Part shown: positions 56,489 to 64,000 of the stretch, one piece after another
Position numbering within the stretch: the stretch's first letter is position 1
Layout: each line of letters begins with the position of its first letter
From: an uncultured Bacilli bacterium
GTDB lineage: Bacteria > Bacillota_I > Bacilli_A > RF39 > UBA660
Length of the DNA: 64,000 bases
Assembly: GCA_944350315.1 (NCBI GenBank)
Contig: CALVON010000022.1
Span: 9,281-73,280, forward strand
Reading direction: 5' to 3'
The notes under the pieces: generated by a model
The model's input: only the letters and a program-made list of their open reading frames with translations
Database searches by the model: none
Told to the model about the DNA's origin: nothing
Program-made: the position numbers and the translations under genes

Positions 56489-57358
56489 ATGAATAGTACC
56501 ATAGAAAAACGTAATGTTACTTTTGATATTTTATTCAATGAGATTGCTAATGGTAGGGTTTCGCATGCTTACTTGATTGATGAAAATAATAATTCTGACG
56601 CATATAAATTGGTAATTAAATTTATAAAAGAAATTTTATGTAATAATAGAGAAAAAAAATGTACTAATTGTTCTATATGTCAGCGAATTGATGATAATAA
56701 CTATCCGGAGTTTAGAATTATTGAACCTGATGGTATGTATATCAAAAAGCAACAACTTGTAGAGTTACAGCAATATTTTTCTCGTTTTGCAGTTGAAGGA
56801 AAAAAAAGGGTTTATCTTATTAAAGATTGTGATATGATGCGTCCTGAGGCAGCAAATTCTTTATTGAAGTTTTTAGAGGAACCGGAGAATGATATTGTAG
56901 CAATATTGATGACTAATAATTTTAATAATGTTTTACCTACTATAGTATCTAGATGTCAATATGTTAAATTTAATGGTGAATTTAATTTAGATGACAACAA
57001 TAAAAATAATGAATACTATGAAATGATGTTGAGTTTTATATATGACTTAGCTATTGATAAAAGAATGGTGATTTTAAATAAAAAAAATTATTTTGGGAAT
57101 AATGATATTTTAAAAAATAGGGATTTATTACTTAATTTAATGGATCTTTTGATTGGAATTTTTTATGATATATTGAAAATAAAAAATAATATAAATAGTA
57201 ATTCTTTAATAATTAATGATAAATTATTAAAAATCTCTGATATTTTTGAAAATAATAGAATTCTTAATGATATTAACTATTTAATTTTATTGAAGGATTC
57301 AATAAAATTTAATGTAAATGTGGCATTGTTTTTTGATGATTTAATTTTAAATATTTAA
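56489..57358 (+). CDS. holB: DNA polymerase III delta' subunit
   Basis: AAA+-like clamp-loader fold: HAYLI, zinc-module cysteines (CTNCSICQRI), SRCQ motif (VSRCQYVKF). Start at the ATG after AGGGGG. Confidence 0.7.
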   Translation: MNSTIEKRNVTFDILFNEIANGRVSHAYLIDENNNSDAYKLVIKFIKEILCNNREKKCTNCSICQRIDDNNYPEFRIIEPDGMYIKKQQLVELQQYFSRFAVEGKKRVYLIKDCDMMRPEAANSLLKFLEEPENDIVAILMTNNFNNVLPTIVSRCQYVKFNGEFNLDDNNKNNEYYEMMLSFIYDLAIDKRMVILNKKNYFGNNDILKNRDLLLNLMDLLIGIFYDILKIKNNINSNSLIINDKLLKISDIFENNRILNDINYLILLKDSIKFNVNVALFFDDLILNI

Positions 57359-57482
57359 TTTTGTTTTTTAAAAAATATGTAATTTAATTATTTAGTTTAA
57401 CTATTTTTTTGTTATTTATAAAAAGTTATTTTTATTTGTGTTTGAGTTGATAATCTTGTCTAAGTGAAAGGGTGAAGTTAAG

Positions 57483-58271
57483 ATGAAATTAGTTGGAGTT
57501 AGATTAAATGATAATGGAAAAATTTATTATTTTGATGATAATGAATTAGATCTTGTTATTTCTGATAAAGTAATTGTAGAGACCGAAAAAGGGCTTCAGT
57601 ATGGAATTGTTATTTGTTTTGTTTCTGATGATAATATGGACAAGCATTTAGAATATAAGAAAGTTATTAGGATTGTTACAAAAGCAGATGAGAAAAAGCA
57701 TTTATCAAATTTAAAAGATGCTAGTAAGGCTTTAGTTAAATGTAATAATTTAGTTAAAAGATATGGTTTAAATATGAAGATAATAGATGCTAGTTATACT
57801 CATGACAGAGAACAATTAATTTTTAGGTTTATTTCTGATGAAAGAGTAGATTTTAGGCAATTAGCTAAGGATTTAGGAGCAATTTATAAAACAAGGATTG
57901 AACTTAGGCAAGTTGGTATTAGAGATAAGGCAAAAGAAATTGGTGGCATTGGGCCATGTGGACGAAAACTTTGTTGTAATAGTTTTTTATCCGAGTTTGA
58001 TAGTGTATCTATTAATATGGCAAAAAATCAAAATTTGTCGTTAAATCCTAGTAAAATTAATGGCGTATGTGGTAGACTTTTATGTTGTTTGACATATGAA
58101 AATGATAATTATTTTGAGTATAAAAAAGGTATTCCAAATGTTGGCGCAAAAGTAAGTGGTGACTTTGGTGAGGGGAAAGTTATGTCAATTGATATTTTTA
58201 AAAAAAATTATAAAGTGTTATTAGACACAGGAGAGGTTATAACAATAGATTTAAATGATAGTAAAAAATAG
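57483..58271 (+). CDS. ricT: PSP1-domain protein YaaT/RicT
   Basis: PSP1 domain with the C-terminal cysteine cluster (CGRKLCC...CGRLLCCLTYE). Synteny after holB. Confidence 0.85.
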   Translation: MKLVGVRLNDNGKIYYFDDNELDLVISDKVIVETEKGLQYGIVICFVSDDNMDKHLEYKKVIRIVTKADEKKHLSNLKDASKALVKCNNLVKRYGLNMKIIDASYTHDREQLIFRFISDERVDFRQLAKDLGAIYKTRIELRQVGIRDKAKEIGGIGPCGRKLCCNSFLSEFDSVSINMAKNQNLSLNPSKINGVCGRLLCCLTYENDNYFEYKKGIPNVGAKVSGDFGEGKVMSIDIFKKNYKVLLDTGEVITIDLNDSKK

Positions 58272-58980
58272 ATTATTAAATTTTAAAGATAAGGTAATAT
58301 ATCAAGATAGTGAATCTTTTTTGTTTTCCCTTGATTGTGTTTTGCTAGCTAATTTTATTACTTTAAGATTATCAGATAAAAAGATTATTGATTTGTGTTG
58401 TGGAAATGCTCCAATTCCAATGCTTTTAACTTTTAGAACAGATGCAAAAATTTTTGGTGTAGAAATTCAAAAAGATATATATTGTATGGGTATTCAATCA
58501 ATTAAAGAGAATCTTATGGATAAACAAGTTTGTTTAATTAATGATGATGTGAAAAATTTGTATAATTATGAGTTATGTGAATCTTTTGATATTGTAACTT
58601 GTAATCCACCATATTTTAAATATAAATCAAATAGTTTAATAAATGATAATTATAAAAAGTCAATTGCTAGGCATGAAATTCTTATTAATTTAGAAGAGGT
58701 AATTAAAATTGGAAATTATTTACTTAGAAGTGGTGGAAGATTTGCGCTTGTTCATAGACCGGAAAGATTAGTTGATATTTTATTATTGTTTAAAAAATAT
58801 AATATTGAACCAAAAAAAATAAGATTTGTATATCCTAAAAGAAACAAGGAAGCTAATATGATTTTAATTGAAGGATTAAAAAATGGTAAATCAGGATTAA
58901 AATTATTACCGCCATTAATTGTTCATAATAGTAATGGTATTTATTGTGATGAGATAAAAGAAATGTTTGGAGATGATTAA
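58255..58980 (+). CDS. trmN6: tRNA1(Val) (adenine37-N6)-methyltransferase-like (YabB/TrmN6)
   Basis: SAM methyltransferase with the NPPY motif (CNPPYFKY). Syntenic with B. subtilis yabB. Confidence 0.7.
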   Translation: MIVKNRLLNFKDKVIYQDSESFLFSLDCVLLANFITLRLSDKKIIDLCCGNAPIPMLLTFRTDAKIFGVEIQKDIYCMGIQSIKENLMDKQVCLINDDVKNLYNYELCESFDIVTCNPPYFKYKSNSLINDNYKKSIARHEILINLEEVIKIGNYLLRSGGRFALVHRPERLVDILLLFKKYNIEPKKIRFVYPKRNKEANMILIEGLKNGKSGLKLLPPLIVHNSNGIYCDEIKEMFGDD

Positions 58981-59824
58981 GATGTGGCAATATAGTTATG
59001 ATGGTAGTCCTAGTGTGTATATTGTTCCAACTCCAATAGGAAATTTGGATGATATTACTAATAGGGCAATTGAGACGTTAAAAAGGGTTTCTGTAATTTT
59101 TTCAGAAGATACAAGGGTAACACTACAATTATTAAATCATTTAAATATTAAAAATAAATTAGTTCATTTAGATGATCACAATGAAGATAACGTTAAAAAT
59201 CAAGTATTGTCTTTTTTGAATGATGGTAAAGACGTAGCAATTGTTACAGATAGGGGGACGCCAATTATTAGTGATCCTGGATACAAGACAGTTAAATTTT
59301 TGAAAGAAAATGGGTTTAATGTAATTGCTTTGCCAGGAGCTTGTGCTTTTGTTCCTGCATTAGTAGCTTCTTCTTTACCTTCAGAACATTTTATTTTTTA
59401 TGGTTTTTTGTCTAATAAAGAAAAAAAAATGAGAGATGAATTAGAAAGTTTAAAGGATAGTGAGTGGTCAATTGTTTTTTATGAATCACCTCATAGAATA
59501 CATAAAACATTGTTGTGTATGAAGAATATTTTTGGTGATAGAATTATTAGTATTTCAAAAGAAATTTCAAAGCTTCATGAAAGTGTTTATGTAGGAAAAA
59601 TTAGTGATGTAATTGATTCAGAATTATTATTAAAAGGTGAATTTGTTATTATTGTTTCTCCGAAAAAAAAGATTATTAATAATGATATGTCTATTTTAGA
59701 TAATGTGAATATGTATATTAGAAGTGGTTTAAGTAGCATGGAAGCAATTAAAAGGGTGGCAAAAGAGAGAAAAATTTCTAAAAACGACGTTTATATGGAG
59801 TTTCATAGGGGTGATAAGTTGTGA
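58967..59824 (+). CDS. rsmI: 16S rRNA (cytidine1402-2'-O)-methyltransferase RsmI
   Basis: N-terminus VYIVPTPIGNLDDIT and ESPHR motifs. The start is ambiguous (58967, 58973 or 58982). Confidence 0.9.
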   Translation: MEMIKMWQYSYDGSPSVYIVPTPIGNLDDITNRAIETLKRVSVIFSEDTRVTLQLLNHLNIKNKLVHLDDHNEDNVKNQVLSFLNDGKDVAIVTDRGTPIISDPGYKTVKFLKENGFNVIALPGACAFVPALVASSLPSEHFIFYGFLSNKEKKMRDELESLKDSEWSIVFYESPHRIHKTLLCMKNIFGDRIISISKEISKLHESVYVGKISDVIDSELLLKGEFVIIVSPKKKIINNDMSILDNVNMYIRSGLSSMEAIKRVAKERKISKNDVYMEFHRGDKL

Positions 59825-60381
59825 AATTAATAGTAGGTTTAGGTAATCCTGGAAAAGAATATTTAAATACAAGACATAATGTTGGTTTTATGTATTTGGA
59901 TTATATTTTTGATAATAAATTTGTCTTTAATAAAAGATTTAATGCTATGGAATACATTTTTTCAAAAAATGGTGAAAAAATAATTGTTATAAAGCCATAT
60001 ACTTTTATGAATTTTTCTGGAGATGCGGTTATTAAATATGTTAATTATTATAAAATAGATATTTCTTCTGTTTTGGTTATTCAAGATGATTTAGATATGC
60101 CAGTGGGAAAAATAAAATTATTGTATAATCATGGAGATGGTGGCCATAATGGAATTAAAAGCATAGTTAATAGTTTGAATGGAAAGGCTTTTTTAAGACT
60201 TAAAATCGGTATATCAAAGTCATCTGATATAGATACTAAAGATTTTGTATTAGGAATTTTTAATAATGATGAGTTAGAGAAAGTAAAAAATAGTTTTAAA
60301 AAATTAAGTTCATTTATTGACGATTTTATTGATTTTAAAAATAGAGATTTGTTAATTTCTAAATATAATAGCAAATTGTGA
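59821..60381 (+). CDS. pth: Peptidyl-tRNA hydrolase
   Basis: GTG start. MKLIVGLGNPG...TRHNVGF signature. Confidence 0.95.
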   Translation: MKLIVGLGNPGKEYLNTRHNVGFMYLDYIFDNKFVFNKRFNAMEYIFSKNGEKIIVIKPYTFMNFSGDAVIKYVNYYKIDISSVLVIQDDLDMPVGKIKLLYNHGDGGHNGIKSIVNSLNGKAFLRLKIGISKSSDIDTKDFVLGIFNNDELEKVKNSFKKLSSFIDDFIDFKNRDLLISKYNSKL

Positions 60382-60387
60382 GGGGTA

Positions 60388-63300
60388 ATGATGAAATTTT
60401 TTGATGATTTATTTATAACGAATGAGAGTAGTAATTACTCTGTTTCAGGATTAAATAAGGAACTTACTTGTATTAATATATATGATACTTTTATTAGAAA
60501 TAATAAAGGTATTTTAGTCGTTGCTAGTAGTACATATATAGCAAATTTGTTATATCAGACTTTACTAAATTATACTGATAAAGTTTTATTTTTTCCTATG
60601 GATGATTTTTTAACTTCTGAAGCAGTGGCAGAAAGTCCGGAGTTTAAGGTTGAAAGAATTAATACATTGAATGTTTTGTCTCATGATAACAAGTACATAG
60701 TGATTACAACACTTATGGGCGCTTTGAGATATTTACCAAGGAAAGAAGTGTGGGATAATTCTAAAATTGTTCTTAGGAAAGGAATGGATATAGATAGAGA
60801 TTCCTTAATTAAAAATTTATTAAATATTGGTTATGAGAAAGAAATCTTAGTAAATGGTACTGGAAAAATAGGAATTAGAGGATATATTATTGACTTGTTT
60901 CCCGTATCTTATGACGACGCAATAAGAATTGAATTATGGGGAGATACAATAGATTCAATTAAATTTTTTGATATTGATAGTCAATTATCACTAAATGAGA
61001 TTAATGAGGTAACAATTTATCCTTTTTCAGAATTTATATTAGATAATAATAAAGAAGATGTTATTAGCAAACAGAAATATTTAAAATATTATAGTGATAA
61101 AATTTCTATTTTAAGTGATTATTTAGATAACGGAATTATTTGTTATTATGATTATAATACATTAATAAGTAGTTATTCATTGCTATTAAATTCAATTAAA
61201 GAATATGATGATAATTATGTTAGTGAGATAAAAACAGATTACATGCATTCTTTTGATGATATAAAGGGTGCTTTTTCAATTAAGTTTTTTCATTTTGATG
61301 ATGGAGTTAACGAAGATAAAAATTATTTATTTAAGTATCAATCTGTAAATAAATATAATAGTGATTTTAATAAATTAAAAGAAGATTTATTAAAGTATAT
61401 TAATATAGGTAATACTGTTATTTTATGTATTGATAATAAAGATATGATAAAAAGAGTAGTAAAATATTTGGAAATTGAAGATTTAATTTTTACTACAGCA
61501 GATAATATTATTTTAAATAAAATTAATGTTGTAACGAAAAAAATATTTGAGGGATTTATTTTTAATGATGTAGTTGTTTTGGGAAAAAACGATTTATTTG
61601 GTGAAGATGAAGAGGGCACTAAATATAAGAGTAAATATCGTGTTGGTACGAAAATTCAAACAATTACTAATATTGATATAGGTGATTATGTTGTTCATGA
61701 AACTTTTGGTATAGGTATTTATCAGGGGCTTATTTCAATTGAAAAACAAGGATTAAATAAAGATTATATTAAGGTTATGTATGATGGGGGCGATTCTTTA
61801 TATATTCCTGTTGAAAATATTGATAGAATTACAAAATTTTCTGGAAAAGAAGGTTGTTGTGTAAAACTAAATAGTTTATCAAATGATAATTGGAAGAAAA
61901 AAAAGAACAGGGTTCGTGAGAAGTTGGAAAGCATTGCTAATGATTTATTATTGGTATCTGCTAAAAGAAGTATGAATAAAGGGTTTGCTTTTTCAAAAGA
62001 TGATGAATCTCAGATATTATTTGATAGTCAATTTCAATACTCTGAAACAGTAGATCAGAAAAGAGCAATATCTTTAATTAAGGCAGAAATGGAAAAGGAT
62101 ACTCCGATGGATATGCTTTTGTGTGGCGATGTTGGTTATGGAAAAACTGAAGTAGCTTTTAGGGCTATGTTTAAAGCAGTTAATAGTGGTAAACAGGTTG
62201 CGTATTTATGTCCTACGACAATTCTTTCGAATCAACAGTATAATTCAGCAAAAGAAAGATTTAAGCCATTCCCTGTTAATATAGCACTTGTTAACAGATT
62301 TGTTGATAGTGAAAAGCAAAAAAAAATAATGGAAGATCTGAAAAAGGGAAAAATAGACATAATTTTTGGAACGCATCGTTTGTTAAATGATAGCTTTCAA
62401 TATAAAGATTTAGGACTTTTAGTAGTTGATGAAGAACAACGTTTTGGAGTTACCCATAAGGAAAAAATAAAAAAATATAAAGCAAATGTTGATATCTTAA
62501 CGCTTTCTGCAACACCAATTCCGAGAACTTTACAAATGTCTTTGACAGGAATTAGATCATTGGCTTTAATAGAAACTCCACCAAAAGAGCGATATCCCAT
62601 ACAAACTTATGTTATGGAAGAATCAAATTTAGTTATTAAAGATGCAATATATAAAGAATTATCAAGAAAAGGACAAGTCTTTATTTTATATAATAGTGTT
62701 GAAAAGATAAGAGATAAAGTTACTGAAATAAAGAATTTAGTTCCTGAAGCTAAGGTAGAGTATGCTCATGGAAAAATGACTAAAGATCAATTAGAAATAA
62801 GAATGAATGATTTTATTAATAAAAAATTTGATGTTTTAATTTGTACAACAATTATTGAGACAGGTATAGATATTCCTAATGTTAATACTTTGATTATACT
62901 TGATGCTGATAGGTTTGGTCTTTCTCAACTATATCAAATAAGAGGGCGAATTGGAAGAAGTAATAGGATAGGGTATGCTTATTTGATGTATGGAAAATAT
63001 AAATTTTTAAATGATATTGCAATAAAAAGATTAGATGCAATTAAGGAATTTACTGAGCTTGGTAGTGGTTTTAAGATAGCCATGCGTGATTTGTCGATAA
63101 GAGGTGCTGGTGATATTTTAGGAAGAGAACAATCTGGTTTTATTGATACAGTTGGTATTGATCTTTATTTAAAAATGCTAAATGATGCTATAAAAAGAGC
63201 AAAAGGCGAGGAAGTTCCTGATGATAAAGAGAGTGGATATAACGAGAAACCGCTTATTAATGTATCTACACATATCAATGATGATTACGTAACAGATACA

Positions 63301-63696
63301 GAATTAAAAATAATAATTCATAAGAAGATTAATGAGGTATATGATTACGATAGCTTTTGTAGTATAAAAAATGAATTAAATGATCGCTTTGGAAAATTAT
63401 CTAATGATATGATTATTTATATGTATGAAGAATGGTTTGAAAAATTAGCTAAAACGTTAGATATTAGTAATATTATAGATAATAAAAATTTTATTGATGT
63501 TGAGTTATCAGAAAATATTTCGAGAAAAATAAATGGTGAAGAATTATTTATTAAGTCATATAATATTAGTAAAAATTTTAAATTAAGTTATAAAAATGAA
63601 AAAATTCATATTATTTTAAATAAAGATAAGTTAGATGATCATTATATTATATATTTAATAAAATTATTAATTATAATTAAAGAAATGATTAAATAA
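60388..63696 (+). CDS. mfd: Transcription-repair coupling factor Mfd
   Basis: 1102 aa. CarD/TRCF RID region, SF2 helicase motifs (GDVGYGKTEVA, DEEQRFG, LSATPIPRT), TRG motif region. Confidence 0.95.
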   Translation: MMKFFDDLFITNESSNYSVSGLNKELTCINIYDTFIRNNKGILVVASSTYIANLLYQTLLNYTDKVLFFPMDDFLTSEAVAESPEFKVERINTLNVLSHDNKYIVITTLMGALRYLPRKEVWDNSKIVLRKGMDIDRDSLIKNLLNIGYEKEILVNGTGKIGIRGYIIDLFPVSYDDAIRIELWGDTIDSIKFFDIDSQLSLNEINEVTIYPFSEFILDNNKEDVISKQKYLKYYSDKISILSDYLDNGIICYYDYNTLISSYSLLLNSIKEYDDNYVSEIKTDYMHSFDDIKGAFSIKFFHFDDGVNEDKNYLFKYQSVNKYNSDFNKLKEDLLKYINIGNTVILCIDNKDMIKRVVKYLEIEDLIFTTADNIILNKINVVTKKIFEGFIFNDVVVLGKNDLFGEDEEGTKYKSKYRVGTKIQTITNIDIGDYVVHETFGIGIYQGLISIEKQGLNKDYIKVMYDGGDSLYIPVENIDRITKFSGKEGCCVKLNSLSNDNWKKKKNRVREKLESIANDLLLVSAKRSMNKGFAFSKDDESQILFDSQFQYSETVDQKRAISLIKAEMEKDTPMDMLLCGDVGYGKTEVAFRAMFKAVNSGKQVAYLCPTTILSNQQYNSAKERFKPFPVNIALVNRFVDSEKQKKIMEDLKKGKIDIIFGTHRLLNDSFQYKDLGLLVVDEEQRFGVTHKEKIKKYKANVDILTLSATPIPRTLQMSLTGIRSLALIETPPKERYPIQTYVMEESNLVIKDAIYKELSRKGQVFILYNSVEKIRDKVTEIKNLVPEAKVEYAHGKMTKDQLEIRMNDFINKKFDVLICTTIIETGIDIPNVNTLIILDADRFGLSQLYQIRGRIGRSNRIGYAYLMYGKYKFLNDIAIKRLDAIKEFTELGSGFKIAMRDLSIRGAGDILGREQSGFIDTVGIDLYLKMLNDAIKRAKGEEVPDDKESGYNEKPLINVSTHINDDYVTDTELKIIIHKKINEVYDYDSFCSIKNELNDRFGKLSNDMIIYMYEEWFEKLAKTLDISNIIDNKNFIDVELSENISRKINGEELFIKSYNISKNFKLSYKNEKIHIILNKDKLDDHYIIYLIKLLIIIKEMIK

Positions 63697-63774
63697 ATAT
63701 TATAAAATCTTTTTGTTTTTTAGTATATATAAGTCACATTTTATCCAAAATAATTTATGAACGGAGGAAGAAAT

Positions 63775-64000
63775 GTGTCAACAGGAATAATTAGAAGAAT
63801 AGATGAATTGGGGCGAATTGTAATTCCTAAGGAAATTAGAAAAAGTTTGCGAATAAAGAATGGCGACAATCTTGAGATATTAATTGATGGAGAAAATATT
63901 ATTTTAAAAAAATATTCACAAATTGAGAATGCTATTGATATGGCACAATTATATGCGGAATCATTTTATAATGTTTTAAAATATAATGTTATTATAACTG
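63775..64000 (+). CDS. spoVT: Stage V sporulation protein T (AbrB-family regulator), 5' part only (runs off the window)
   Basis: GTG start after GGAGGAAG. Manual translation gives MSTGIIRRIDELGRIVIPKEIRKSLRIKNGDNLEILIDGENIILKKYSQ, matching the SpoVT/AbrB swapped-hairpin N-domain. Position after mfd as in B. subtilis. Confidence 0.8.
   Translation, partial: MSTGIIRRIDELGRIVIPKEIRKSLRIKNGDNLEILIDGENIILKKYSQIENAIDMAQLYAESFYNVLKYNVIIT

Overview
Very AT-rich Bacillota chromosome segment spanning the replication origin. It uses the standard genetic code: TGA acts as a stop, for example at the nrnA/truB ATGA overlap. Gene order closely follows the Bacillus subtilis origin-region template. On the left (+ strand) are dagK, yidD, comEB, tRNA-Arg(ACG), rimP-nusA-ylxR-infB-rbfA-nrnA-truB, sufB, an amidase, ssb, asnS, PFOR, mrnC-rlmB-sigH, uvrA, spoIVA and hbs. 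A minus-strand block then runs toward oriC: rpoE, argS, a ParB/Noc-like gene, rsmG, mnmG, mnmE, jag, yidC, rnpA, rpmH. To the right of oriC (+ strand) are dnaA-dnaN-recF-gyrB-gyrA, then ffs-tadA-dnaX-ybaB-recR-bofA-holB-yaaT-trmN6-rsmI-pth-mfd-spoVT. The delta subunit, comK and sporulation genes (spoIVA, spoVT, bofA, sigH-like) suggest a Bacilli/Erysipelotrichia-like lineage. The departures from the template are the interesting part. (1) A 1.15-kb non-coding tract after gyrA holds seven canonical parS sites. Each sits in a longer palindrome, and a minimal SRP RNA gene lies among them. (2) The only ParB-family gene occupies the noc slot and has Noc-type specificity residues. It lacks an N-terminal membrane helix and a soj/spo0J partner, and carries a ~260-aa Q/N/P-rich tail. 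(3) One perfect Noc-binding-site palindrome abuts the DnaA-box cluster. (4) An orphan HerA/DUF87-like ATPase is inserted between rpmH and dnaA. (5) A ComK homolog sits between dnaN and recF. (6) There is an SSB paralog without the acidic C-terminal tip. (7) An accessory island encodes a DUF2229/HgdB-like pair without an activase ATPase, tandem VUT-like membrane proteins and an XRE-S24 repressor. (8) A 24-kb block of genes is oriented head-on to the leftward replication fork. No rRNA genes, CRISPR arrays, transposases or integrases were seen. All homology calls come from reading motifs by eye and from synteny, not from database searches.
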